A DNA stretch of 64,000 nucleotides from an uncultured Fibrobacterota bacterium (GCA_963753345.1 CAVWBU010000047.1:64001-128000); one strand, 5' to 3'; counted from the first letter of the stretch, positions 1 through 10,889 are shown. The notes: generated by a model from the letters alone, not told the origin. Program-made: numbers and translations.

Positions 1-1
1 T

Positions 2-3000
2 CAATCGGAAGCGACCGCCCGTTCCTGGGTGGAAAAGTTTTTAATGATCTTTGATTGGGACTGCTCCAACCCTCATCAGGTGCGGCAGGAATACCGGATC
101 CAGGGCCGGGCCGCCAGAAGGCTCAAGTCGGAGGGCACGTCCCACCGCCGCCCCGATTATTGCCTCATTTCAAACAACCAACGACTTTTGTATATCGACG
201 CAAAAAAATTTGACGCCGATATAAAGAACGACTCCGGCATTTCTTACCAGGTGCGATGCTACGGCTGGTCTGAAGGGTTCAAGGTAAGCTATGCTTTCGA
301 TTTTGAAGAACTTGCCGTGTACGATTGCCGCATCCGTCCGAAAGATTCAGACGAAGCGGACATGGCCCGCGTGCTTTACTTGCACCAATCTGAATATCTT
401 GATAATTTCGACGCGGTGTGGGAGTATTTCTCAAGAAAAGCCATCGATACGGGTTCGCTGTCGCGTTTGCTCCCCGATGATGAGAAGCCCCAAGGCGGCA
501 AGACCCTTGATCAGGATTTTGAAGAGAACCTTTCGGCATGGAGAAAGGAACTCGCTAAATCCATTCTTCGCTACGGAAAAATCCGCGAGGCCGATATTAT
601 TTCCGCGGCCAGCCAGAGGATTCTGGACAGGATCGTTTTCCTGCGCATTTGCGAGGAATTCGGTTTCGAAGAACTCGGCACGTTGCTGGAGATGGGCCAA
701 AATGAAGACGGCTTCTGGCCCCTTTTCATGGAAGAACACGACAAGCGCTATTGCAAAGTGTACGACGGCATTCTTTTTCCGGCCTCGGGCGAGGACGACC
801 CGACCGGCGTGGACACGCACCTGCGGTCATGGTGGCTCAAGGGCCGTATTTTCCGGGACATTGTCGAGACGCTCTATTTTCCACATCCTTACCGGTTTGA
901 CGTCGTGCCCATCGAGTTGCTGGGCGGCGTTTACGAACGATACCTGGGAAAAAGATTGCGGGTCATCGGCAACGATGTCCAGGACGAGTACAAACTTGAG
1001 TATCAACGGACCAAGGGGGCGGTTTACACACCGCCCTGGATCGTAAAACGCATTGTTGAAAAGACACTTAGCCCGCTTGTAAAGGACAAAGATCCCGATG
1101 AACTTTTGAAGCTTCGCGTTCTTGACCCCGCGTGCGGCAGCGCCGGCTTCCTGCTCGGGGTCTACGATTTTCTCGCCGACCATATCGTGACCTGGTTCGG
1201 CCATCACCTTTCGGACAGGCGGCGAACGGCGTATGTCGCGGAAACGGAGGACGGACCGCGCGTCGCGCCCCGCATCGCGCACGATATCATCAATAATTGT
1301 ATTTGCGGCGTGGACATTGACCCCGAAGCCGTGGAAGTGGCCCGGATGTCCCTTGCTTTGCGGTATCTGGAACAAACATCTTCGATGAGCGGCGAACCGC
1401 ACCTTCTTCTCAAGGGGATCGGCCTTAATATCCGCCAGGGAAATTCACTGGTGGGGCCGGACATTGTCGGATTGGGGATCGACGCGGAAAAGGTGATTTC
1501 GGAAACCATGCCGTTTGACTGGCACAGCATAACCACGGGTTTCGGCGCCGTCATGGAAAAGGGCGGGTTCGACGCGGTGGTGGGAAATCCACCGTACATA
1601 GAGGTAAAAAGGTATAAAGAATGGATGCCTTCGCAATACAGGTACTTCAAGGAAAGCGGTGTGTTCGAAACCACGGCGGAAGGCAAAACCGACATCGCGA
1701 TGCCGTTCATGGAACAGGGCCTTAAATTGCTCAATAAGAATGGCAGGCTGGGATTCATCATCCAGAACAGGTTTTTCAAGACGGATTACGGCGAAATCGT
1801 GCGCTCGTGGCTCAAGCGCAACAAGGCCATCGCCGAAATCGAGGACTTCCGCGACTTGCAGATTTTTGAAGGCCGCACCACCTACACTACGGTCCTGATT
1901 CTGCAAAAGAACAGCCCGTCGGTCAATTACCGCACCTACGACACGGTAACGGATGCGGCTGCCGATAATCCCAGCGTACAGTGCACCCTCAAATGGGACG
2001 CGATAGACGGCAACGTCTGGTCTTTCGACCAGCCCGACCTTCTCGAAGTCCACCACTACCTGGCGCAGAAACACGGCACAATCGGCCGGCACACCCAGTT
2101 GCAGATTTCCGTGGGGCTGCAAACGCTCTATGGAAAGTTGTATCAGTTCGAACCCGTGGAAGTCAAGCCGCGGACCGTTGTCGGCAGAAACGGCGAAGGC
2201 GAAATAATCACGCTTGAAAAAGCGGCGCTCAGGCCGCTGTGCCGCAACCGCGGGTTCTATCCGTTTCGTCAAGACAATGCCGATGCCTGGGTGATTTTTC
2301 CCTATGATGTCGCCGAAGGCGAGGCGAGCGAAATCGGGTGGAAGGAGTTTAAGGAAAGGTTCCCCAAGGCAGCTTCGTACCTGGAGGAGAGAAAAAGAAA
2401 GTTGCTCAAGGCCGTGGACGCGGAAGAAGGCGTTAACCGGTGGCATTTGTATAGATACCCGAAGAACCTAGCAAGCCAAGCAAGCGCGAAGGTGTTGTTC
2501 CCCTCCACCATCGAAGATACCATCGCGGCAGTTGACGAAAAGGGTGACATTTATCAAGATAATGTACGGATGAACTCAATTTCCTTCCGCAACGCGACAA
2601 TAACTCAATTGAAATCGCTGGCGTGCCTAGTCAATTCAACAACTTTTAGCGCGCTTGCACGGCTCAAGGCAGGACTCAGCGATTCCGGCTGGCGCCAGTT
2701 CAACCGGCAATATGCCGAGCTTGTCCCTTTTCCCATCGCGATCATCAACGACCCGGACACGGTCAGAACGCTTTCCGGTCTTGCCGACAAGATCGGCGAC
2801 TTGCAAGCCAAATCCATTTCCGCTTCAACCGAAGGCGCAAAAACCGGGTTTCGCGCTACAATCGAGTCGTTGTGGCGGCAACTCGACGGCGTTGTCGAAG
2901 AAGTGTATGGGTTGACTAAATCGCAAAAAGAGGTATTGAGGAAATATCCAAGGAAGGTCAACCGGTTCGACCTTCTCACCAGACAGACGGTTGTGGAGGA

Positions 3001-3013
3001 AGACGGGGAATAA
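2..3013 (+). CDS. Type IIG restriction-modification fusion (Eco57I/TaqI-like: endonuclease + N6-adenine MTase + TRD), 5' end outside window
   Basis: Frame is open from base 2. N-terminal PD-x-(D)AKK nuclease motif (RPDY...YIDAKK), GAVYTP, motif I LDPACGSAGFL, motif IV VVGNPPY, C-terminal TRD-like region ending in 'LDGVVEEVYGLT'. Confidence 0.9.
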   Translation, partial: QSEATARSWVEKFLMIFDWDCSNPHQVRQEYRIQGRAARRLKSEGTSHRRPDYCLISNNQRLLYIDAKKFDADIKNDSGISYQVRCYGWSEGFKVSYAFDFEELAVYDCRIRPKDSDEADMARVLYLHQSEYLDNFDAVWEYFSRKAIDTGSLSRLLPDDEKPQGGKTLDQDFEENLSAWRKELAKSILRYGKIREADIISAASQRILDRIVFLRICEEFGFEELGTLLEMGQNEDGFWPLFMEEHDKRYCKVYDGILFPASGEDDPTGVDTHLRSWWLKGRIFRDIVETLYFPHPYRFDVVPIELLGGVYERYLGKRLRVIGNDVQDEYKLEYQRTKGAVYTPPWIVKRIVEKTLSPLVKDKDPDELLKLRVLDPACGSAGFLLGVYDFLADHIVTWFGHHLSDRRRTAYVAETEDGPRVAPRIAHDIINNCICGVDIDPEAVEVARMSLALRYLEQTSSMSGEPHLLLKGIGLNIRQGNSLVGPDIVGLGIDAEKVISETMPFDWHSITTGFGAVMEKGGFDAVVGNPPYIEVKRYKEWMPSQYRYFKESGVFETTAEGKTDIAMPFMEQGLKLLNKNGRLGFIIQNRFFKTDYGEIVRSWLKRNKAIAEIEDFRDLQIFEGRTTYTTVLILQKNSPSVNYRTYDTVTDAAADNPSVQCTLKWDAIDGNVWSFDQPDLLEVHHYLAQKHGTIGRHTQLQISVGLQTLYGKLYQFEPVEVKPRTVVGRNGEGEIITLEKAALRPLCRNRGFYPFRQDNADAWVIFPYDVAEGEASEIGWKEFKERFPKAASYLEERKRKLLKAVDAEEGVNRWHLYRYPKNLASQASAKVLFPSTIEDTIAAVDEKGDIYQDNVRMNSISFRNATITQLKSLACLVNSTTFSALARLKAGLSDSGWRQFNRQYAELVPFPIAIINDPDTVRTLSGLADKIGDLQAKSISASTEGAKTGFRATIESLWRQLDGVVEEVYGLTKSQKEVLRKYPRKVNRFDLLTRQTVVEEDGE

Positions 3014-3123
3014 GGGGATTTATCGAACGATATAACCCGGAAAATTTCTTATATTATGGAAGGGAAGCCAAAACATCACGTCATATCCTCAATAAAAAAC
3101 TGATAATTGATAAAAGGGGGAAT

Positions 3124-4464
3124 ATGAAACCCGTCTCACGCCTTTTAATCTCCGCATTGCTCGTTCTGCCAATATCCCAAATAACAATCGCCGACGAATT
3201 CTCACCCGACTCGATCACCGCCATCATGCGCAAGGTCGCGCAATACCGTTTGTCGCATGGCGTCAACAGCCTCGGCGACTGGTTCGCCAGCGGAACAAAC
3301 TGGGACGCGGGCGCGTACATGACCGGCATCTGCGGCCTGTACCGCCGCACGAACGACAAACAATACCTCGACAGCATCGTCAAGTTCGGCACGGGCGTGA
3401 ACTGGACCCCGGCAAGCAGCAATCCCGATAACGAATGTTGCGCACAGACCTTCTGCGAATCATATATGTTCGCAGCAGACACCACGAAAAAATATATGTA
3501 CCAGCCCTGGCTTGACCGCGTCACAGCGGATTTTATTACCCACTCGCCGTCGGGCCGCTCGTACTGGTACTGGTGCGATGCGCTGTACATGGCGCCGCCC
3601 GGCCTTGCCATGATTGCGTATATTACCGGACAAACGCGCATCCTCGACTCGCTTTACAAATGCTGGTGGGACGATGCGCAGGTGATCTACAGTGACACGT
3701 TCCACCTGTACTGGCGGGATCCGGGATACAAGCCGCCCAAGCTTGCGGCGAACGGCAAACCCATATTCTGGGCGCCGGGCGAGGCCTGGGTTCTGGGCGG
3801 CCAGGCGCGCATCCTCAAGTATACCCCTGTCAATTTCCACGGACGCGACTCAATGATAACCCAGTTCCGCGACCAGTTGACAGCCGTCGCTGCGCTTCAA
3901 CAGGGAGACGGGTTGTGGACCACGAGCCTTCTCGATTCGGTGCAGTTTCCCATACACGAAACAAGCTCCACCGCGTTTTTTTGCTTTGCCATGGCATGGG
4001 GCATCAACAACGAAATCCTGGATTCGGCAACGTTCACCCCGCCCATGCGCAAAGCCTGGTCGGGCCTTGTGCGGAACATCGGACCCGGCGGCATGCTCAT
4101 GTACTGCCAGACCGTGGGCCAGGAACCGGGCGACAACATGTTCAACAATTATTCCAGCTCGGAAGGCGAGGGCGCGCTGCTGCTTGCAGGGGAGGAACTA
4201 TACAAGCGGGTGACCGGCGCTGTGCGGGTCAACAGCAGGCCTGTCCAATCACCACAAAACGCACTACGACCCGAATATGCCGTTCTTGCAAATGTAAACG
4301 GCCGCATTGTTGTGCCGCAAGGCATGAACAAATTCGAAGTGTATTCAATCGACGGAAGAAAAGTCTGGTCCGGGGAGAGTTTCTCTGTTCGGGATGAAAA
4401 ATCGCTTGAGATGCCGAGGTCTGTTCGTGGCAACGGTATCTATGTGATAAAGTTCAGCAGATAG
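3124..4464 (+). CDS. Secreted GH105/GH88-family unsaturated glycuronyl hydrolase with C-terminal T9SS-like sorting domain
   Basis: Signal peptide; WYWCDALYMAPP, FWAPGEAWV, LQQGDGLW, ETSSTAFF motifs; C-terminal 'EVYSIDGRKV...GIYVIK'. Confidence 0.85.
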   Translation: MKPVSRLLISALLVLPISQITIADEFSPDSITAIMRKVAQYRLSHGVNSLGDWFASGTNWDAGAYMTGICGLYRRTNDKQYLDSIVKFGTGVNWTPASSNPDNECCAQTFCESYMFAADTTKKYMYQPWLDRVTADFITHSPSGRSYWYWCDALYMAPPGLAMIAYITGQTRILDSLYKCWWDDAQVIYSDTFHLYWRDPGYKPPKLAANGKPIFWAPGEAWVLGGQARILKYTPVNFHGRDSMITQFRDQLTAVAALQQGDGLWTTSLLDSVQFPIHETSSTAFFCFAMAWGINNEILDSATFTPPMRKAWSGLVRNIGPGGMLMYCQTVGQEPGDNMFNNYSSSEGEGALLLAGEELYKRVTGAVRVNSRPVQSPQNALRPEYAVLANVNGRIVVPQGMNKFEVYSIDGRKVWSGESFSVRDEKSLEMPRSVRGNGIYVIKFSR

Positions 4465-4496
4465 ACACCGCAGCCGCCGGAGAGAATTCCGTCCTG

Positions 4497-5015
4497 TCAC
4501 AGAAGAAGATTCTTGATCTTCTTGATTATGTCTGCGGCCACGGGACTCGGGTCGGCCTTCCGCGACGCACTCGCTATCGCGTCCACGCCGGCGGGGTTCC
4601 TTTTCGGCAGCCACTTCCCGCTGGCCGAAGTCGTAAGGACAATAACATTTGCCGCGTTCTTTTTCCCCTTTAGAAATTTCTGGATATTCCGGTCCCAGTC
4701 CCAGGCCATGCAGGTATTGATCAGCACGATCGCCCGGTATGCCGACGCGTCCTCGAACTTCAGTCTGGACAGCCCGATGCATTTGATGTAGACGGAATCG
4801 CCTTTGAGCCCCTCTTTTATTTTTTCCACGAGCGCGCGCTTGTAGTCGCCGGCGCGGGACGCGACAAGAATTTTCTTTGCCAGCGCCGGCTGGTATACGG
4901 ACGAGGAATCCATGTCCTTCTGCGGCCAGAAGAGCTGGGGAAACGAAAACGAATGGGCCGAGAGGGCGATGACGAAAACGATTCCTGCGGTGAGTATTGC
5001 CAAGCGTTTTGCCAT
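4497..5015 (-). CDS. Secreted hypothetical protein (possible flavodoxin-like fold)
   Basis: 172-aa ORF with signal peptide, GGAG RBS and alpha/beta pattern (KILVAS, AIVLINTC, VIVLTTS). Confidence 0.6.
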   Translation of the reverse strand: MAKRLAILTAGIVFVIALSAHSFSFPQLFWPQKDMDSSSVYQPALAKKILVASRAGDYKRALVEKIKEGLKGDSVYIKCIGLSRLKFEDASAYRAIVLINTCMAWDWDRNIQKFLKGKKNAANVIVLTTSASGKWLPKRNPAGVDAIASASRKADPSPVAADIIKKIKNLLL

Positions 5016-5031
5016 TGCAAACTCCTTGAGA

Positions 5032-5061
5032 AGGGGACTTTCAATCAGAAAATTACGTTAC
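5032..5061 (-). promoter_or_regulatory. Putative ECF-sigma promoter GTAAC-N18-GTC
   Basis: Minus strand reads GTAAC-gtaattttctgattgaaa-GTCccc; same spacing as three sites at 50.5-51.3 kb. Confidence 0.4.
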
Positions 5062-5220
5062 GGCTGGAATTTGAAAATTACAATCCGCAATGCTGGCACC
5101 GGTGCTCAATGTGGCGGCGGGGGCCGCCCAAGGCGAGTTGTTGAAAAGTTGAATGGTTGAAAAGCCTGACAAGATGCCCGGTGATTTCTTACCCACGACG
5201 AGTAGCGCAAGAATACGGGG

Positions 5221-5482
5221 TTGACTGAAGGGAACTCCGTTGCCGCGCGTTAGGCAGGACTGTAGGCCGCGCTGGAGCGCGGTGCTGCCTGGACTCTTAA
5301 TTGTAGATTTTAGATTGATGATTGTAGATTGAAAAAATATTCCGGTTAGTCTTCGCATTTCAAATCTACATTCTACAATCTACATTCTAAAATTAGATGG
5401 CCCGAGGCCGACGACCCTTGGAAGCACCCGAAGGGGTGGACCGGAAGGACGGCCGACCCGAGCGCAGCGAGGGGAACGCCCA
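5221..5482 (-). repeat. Family A modular palindromic element, copy A1 (with heptamer-repeat hairpin insert)
   Basis: Reverse complement reads TGGGCGTTCCCCTCGCTGCGCTCGGGTCGGCC...CCTAACGC-N21-GTCAA; first 32 nt identical to the copy at 10560. Confidence 0.85.
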
Positions 5483-5686
5483 AGGATTCTTCTTGAATTA
5501 TTGACGAAGGCTCGGGGGAATCGCCCAAATTTTTCATTTATCCCATAACACCTTGCTGCCTCCCCAAAACTTGCCTTTTCGCAAGAAAATCGTTGCTTAT
5601 CCGATCAATTGAGCGTAAATTATGGACTGAGGGGGGGTGAACGGCATGTGTATAATGCCATCCACCTCTAGCGAAGGGATGTCCGG

Positions 5687-7928
5687 ATGAGAAAGGCAGG
5701 GTTAGCGGTTTTTTGTCTTGTCTTTGCGGTTTTCGGTCAGAGCATCAACATTTCCGGCAAGGTCTCAAACTCTTCGGCGCAAGGGATCGCAGGCGCAGCG
5801 GTGAAACTCTTCGGGGTTTCCTTGGCCTGCACCACCACGTCAGACGGTACATACCTCCTGTCCGGTCAGACCGGCATCTCAATGCCGGGTTACTCCTCCA
5901 AGGTTGATGCAATCAGTATCTCGTGCAGAAACAATTCTTTTGTCTTCAATGCTCCGTCATCCTTCCCGGCTGCGGTGAGGTTGTATGACCTGCGCGGCAG
6001 GATGGTCGCTCAGGTGTTCAGCGGCATTCTCAGGCCGGGTTCCACAAAGGTGCCGTTCCCAAAAAACGTTTCGGCCCGCGCCATGTTTATCCTGCGTGTG
6101 TCCGCCGGAACTTCGGACGCGGAATACACGATAGTGCCCGCGGCGGGCGGATCGTATGCGCTGCATGCCGGCGGCTTGACGGAAGGCAGACTGAGCAAGA
6201 CCGCTTCGGTTGACTGGCTGCAGGCCAGCAAGGCCGGCTATGCGTCGAGTATCCAGACCATAGACGCCTACACCGGGGTTGTCAATTTCACCCTGGGTGC
6301 GCTTGCAAACCCGGATTTCGGGTCGAATGTTTATGTTTTCGATCCCTCCATGGCCTCGATCCAGAATGTTATGGACGGCCTCAATAGCTCAACCGGACAA
6401 TTCAGCACCCAACGCACGGCATACCTGTTCAAGCCGGGGAGTTACTCCGTGACCGTAACGTGCAATTACTATATCCAGGCCTATGGCATGGGACTGTCTC
6501 CCGAAGACGTGCAGATAACAGGGGCGGTACAAAATTTAAGCGGAGGCCTCACGGCTTTCTGGCGCGGTGCGGAAGGTTTTTCCGTTACGCCGACAGGCGG
6601 CACCGATACGTGGGGTGTGTCGCAGGCCGACCCTTTCCGGCGCATGCACGTAAAGGGTGCTTTGAATCTTTCGAATGGCGGGTCCAGCGGCGGCTTCATG
6701 GCCGACTGCAAAATCGACGGCGCGATCAACCCCGGATCACAGCAACAATTTTATTTCCGGAACAACACCCTGGGCGGCTGGAGCGGCGGAAACTGGAACA
6801 TGCTCTTTCAGGGATGCGACAATCCTCCAGCGGAGAATTTCCCCGGTGGAGCCATTACCGTGGCAGCCAAGACGCCGCTTGTCCGCGAAAAACCATACCT
6901 TGTTTTTGATGCGTCGGGCAATTACTCGGTGTTTGTTCCTGCATTGCGCACAAATTCGCAGGGAACCACCTGGTATACCCAGACGCCCAGCGGCGAGTCT
7001 TTGCCGATCGACCAGTTTTATGTCGCCTTGTCCGCGATCGACAACGCAGCCACCATTAATGCGGCGCTCGCTCAGGGCAAGAACCTGCTCCTCACGCCGG
7101 GCATTTACTCGGTGGACGCGCCAATTCTTGTCCAGCGTCCCGGCACGGTCGTGCTGGGCCTCGGCATGGCAACACTCAAGCCGAACAACGGCGTGGTCGC
7201 AATGAAGACCAGCGATGCAGGCGGCATTATCATCGCCAACATTCTGTTTGATGCCGGCACCGTCGAATCTCCGGCGCTCCTGCAAGTGGGCGACTCGGGC
7301 AGCGTGCGCGACAACAGCGCCAATCCGCCGTTTCGTATTCGATATTTTCGCCCGCATCGGCGGCGCCGGTGCAGCCCAGGCAAACGTTGCGGTGGTCCTT
7401 AACAGCAACAATACCATCCTTGATCATTGCTGGCTCTGGCGCGCCGACCATGGTGCAGGCGCGGGCTGGACAACGAATCCCGCTAAAACGGCCTTGTCGT
7501 CAACGGCAAGCATGTGATTACCTACGGCCAACAGGTTGAACATTTTCAACAGCACAATACCGTTTGGAACGGCGACTACGGGTCAGACTTATTTCTACCA
7601 GAACGAGCTTCCGTACGACGTTGCCACAGCAATCCGACATTCATGGACTGGAACCAAGGACGGATATTCGGCCTATTACGTGACCAACGGCGTTACCAAT
7701 TTCACTGGCTGGTGCCTGGGCATTTATTCCTTTTTCAACAAGGCGCCGATCATCGAATCCAATGCCATGGAAGTTCCCCGAGTGTCGGGTATCAAGATTC
7801 ACCATGTCGTCACTTACTCTCTGGGCAGCGACCAGGGCCAGATTACGCATGTTGTAAACGATACCGGAGCAACGGCGAAATGGGGCGCAACGCCCATGAT
7901 AAGGTTCGGTGACTATGTAGGACATTGA
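5687..7928 (+). CDS. Secreted GH55 exo-beta-1,3-glucanase (SacteLam55A-like), paralog 1; frameshifted in this sequence
   Basis: PDFGSNVYVFDPSM, FKPGSY, FWRGAE, VSQADPFRRMHV, REKPYL, DHCWLWRADHG, YQNELPYD motifs spread over several frames (shifts near 7330, 7500 and 7585). Confidence 0.85.
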
Positions 7929-7959
7929 TTTAGCGCGAAGACATGTTTTGAAAAGTTGG

Positions 7960-7986
7960 AAGGGTGATCGTGAGGTCACCCTTTTT
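7960..7986 (+). terminator. Intrinsic terminator
   Basis: AAGGGTGATC-GTGA-GGTCACCCTT plus T-run; same hairpin at 10498. Confidence 0.7.
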
Positions 7987-8173
7987 ATTTCCTCGGAAAC
8001 CGCTTGGTGGTGAGCTTTGCCGCCCAACGTCAACCCGGCATCAAAATCATATTCCTCTTTTTGAAAAATATCCCCTATTTGAAACAAAATAAGTGGAATA
8101 AACGGTTGAATATCCTTATATTATCAGCGGAGGGGCAATTTCAAACACTGCGTGAGGGGGGCAATAAGGAGGA

Positions 8174-10445
8174 ATGGTGAGAAAGACAGTTTTAAGCGTT
8201 TTAGTGTCAGCGGTTGTTCTAAGCTCATTTGCCCAAAACGTTAACATTTCAGGAAAGGTCTCCACCACTTCAGGCGCTGCAATTTCAGGCGCCGTGGTCA
8301 GAATCTTTAATACCCCAATGGCATGCACCTCAAAAACCGACGGGACCTATCTGCTGGTCGGGTCAACAGGAATTGCCGGATCCGGAGCGACCGTCTCCCG
8401 CACGAACAGCATCATGTACCGGAACGGTTCGTTCATCTTCAACGTTTCATCACCAACACAGGCAAGCGCGAACCTTTACGATCTGGCGGGACGTTTGGTT
8501 GCCAAGGTTTTTAACGGCAGGTTGAATCAGGGATCTGCGAGCGTCCCGTTTTCATTCGACCGCCTGGGACACACCATGCTTGTCCTGCGCATCAAATTAG
8601 GTGATGCAAGCTCAACCCGTATTTTGAACCCCGCGGCAAGCGCAGGCCTTGCAATCACTCAACAGTCCCTGGCGAATGGTGCTTTGGCAAAAATCGCGGC
8701 CGTTGACTGGCTGCTGGCGGTTAAGTCCGGCTATGCATCTTATATGCAGACCATCGATGCCTACACCGGCGTCATCAATATCACCATGACCGCGCTCTCA
8801 GGCACCGCCCCAAATTTCGGACCGAACACGAGTATCTTCGATGCGTCAATGTCGTCTAGCTCGATCCAGTCCGTTCTTGACGCGGCGCACGCTGCATCAA
8901 GCCAGTTCGGCACCAACCGAGCCGCATTCTTCTTTAAACCCGGCAGCTATACCGTGAACATCACGGTCAGGTATTACATGCAGGCGTATGGTTTGGGAAT
9001 GTCTCCCGAAGACGTGCAGGTAACGGGAACGGTACAGGCGACGGAGGACGGCACAGGATCTTTCTGGCGCGGCGTGGAAGGCTTTTCCGTCAACCCGACA
9101 GGCGGGAACGCTGTCTGGGCGGTTTCGCAGGCCGACCCCTTCCGCCGCATGCATGTGAAAGGCACATTACTTATATGCAACAGCGGCGCCAGCGGCGGCT
9201 TCATATCCGATTCCAAAATCGACGGTGCGATAACCTCTGGTTGTGCACAACAGTTTTATATAAGAAACACCATCCTTAATGGAATCAATGCCGGCGGCAA
9301 TTGGAACTTTATGGTACAAGGCTGCGACAATCCCCCGGCCGAGACGTGGCCGACGGGCGGAATAAATGTGGTCGCAAAGACGCCGCTGGTGCGCGAGAAA
9401 CCGTACCTGGTGTTCGACAACACTTCCGGATTGTACTCCGTTTTCGTTCCGGCGCTTCGCACCAATTGCCAGGGAATCACGTGGGGCAACGGCAACTCCG
9501 GCCGGCGAACTGCTGCCTATCGACCAGTTCTATATTGCACTCGCAGCCACCGACAACGCCTCCACCATAAACGCGGCGCTTGCCCAGGGCAAGAACCTCA
9601 TTCTCACCCCGGGTATTTACGTGGTCAATACGCCGATCTATGTACAACGGCCCGGTACCGTTGTGCTAGGCCTGGGAATGGCCACACTGCAGGCGCAGAA
9701 CGGCTCAATTTGCCTCAAGACCGCGGACGCAGACGGCATCACCATCGCCAACATCCTGTATGAAGCCGGCTCAGGTGGTACTTCGCCTTGTTTGCTCCAG
9801 GTAGGCGATTCCGGCAGCGTGGCTGACCACAGCGCCAACCCTCCGTTCGTTTTCGATCTCTTCGCCCGCTGCGGCGGCTCTGTTGCCGGCCTGACAAAAG
9901 TTGGAGAGATTTTCAACAGCAACAACACAATCCTTGATCATTCCTGGACCTGGCGTGCAGACCATGGGGCGGGCGCGGGATGGAATTCTGACTCCAACGT
10001 CATAAGAAACGGCCTTGTCGTCAACGGCAACAACTGCATCACCTACGGACTGATGGTGGAGCATTGGCAAAAGTACAACACGGTCTGGAACGGCGACAAC
10101 GGCCAGCAATATTTCTATCAGAATGAGCTTCCCTACGATGTGCCTAACCAGGCGTCGTGGATGGAGGGCACTGTCCCGGGGATACCTGCCATCAAGGTAA
10201 CCGACCGGGCTACGAAATTCTACGGATGGGGACTGGGCATCTATTCCTACATGAGGGTGACCGCGATCACCACCACCAATGCGATGGAAGCCCCGAAGGT
10301 GCCGGGGATATCGGTCCATCGCGTGGTTACCTTTGCGCTTGGCGGAGACAAGGGAACGATCTTGCATGCAGTAAATGATACAGGAGCAGCCGTGCAGAAT
10401 CCGAGTCCCACCATGATCAGATTCGGGGATTATGTAGGACATTGA
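8174..10445 (+). CDS. Secreted GH55 exo-beta-1,3-glucanase, paralog 2; one frameshift near 9495
   Basis: Same motifs and architecture as paralog 1; both end in MIRFGDYVGH; AAGGAGG RBS. Confidence 0.85.
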
Positions 10446-10497
10446 TTGATGCGATAAGAGTAAGAAAAGTCCTTAGTGAAATTAGTGAAAATTGAAG

Positions 10498-10523
10498 AGG
10501 GTGATCGTGAGGTCACCCTTTTT
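10498..10523 (+). terminator. Intrinsic terminator
   Basis: AGGGTGATCGTGAGGTCACCCT plus T-run. Confidence 0.7.
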
Positions 10524-10559
10524 CTATTTTCCAATTCAATTAATTCCTAAATGCAAATC

Positions 10560-10727
10560 TGGGCGTTCCCCTCGCTGCGCTCGGGTCGGCCCTCCTTACG
10601 GTCTCGGCCTCCGGCCTCGGGCCGCCTGCCACAAAGGCCCTGCGGGCTGTGGTCAGGCAGTACCGCGCTCCAGCGCGGCCTCCAGTCCTGCCTAACGCCG
10701 GGCAGAAGGCACTGCCATATTTGTCAA
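10560..10727 (+). repeat. Family A element, copy A2
   Basis: TGGGCGTTCCCC...CAGGCAGTACCGCGCTCCAGCGCGGCCTCCAGTCCTGCCTAACGC-N24-GTCAA. Confidence 0.85.
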
Positions 10728-10889
10728 GATAGCCTGCGGCAATGGTTGAGTTTGGGGGAGGAAGTTGACATGCTGAAACGTGTTGGATTTTAATTTAGGA
10801 CGTCCGTGGGCTTGAACGGATACAACATCTTTCCTTCACAACTGCCGCTCCAAGGATGCGCGCTTGTGTAAATGCATTTCCCTATTCTC

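Noticed and set aside
5221-5254. Conserved TTGAC next to family A as a sigma70 -35 box
   Set aside because: No -10 hexamer at 16-18 nt spacing in the copies I checked; kept instead as a possible element boundary.
5298-5395. Heptamer array as a CRISPR array
   Set aside because: No constant repeat with unique spacers, and no cas genes.
5247-10698. Family A ends (GTTAGGC / GCCTAAC) as integron attC sites
   Set aside because: attC runs RYYYAAC...GTTRRRY, whereas here the order is GTT...AAC. Copies are not regularly placed after single cassettes and no integrase is present.
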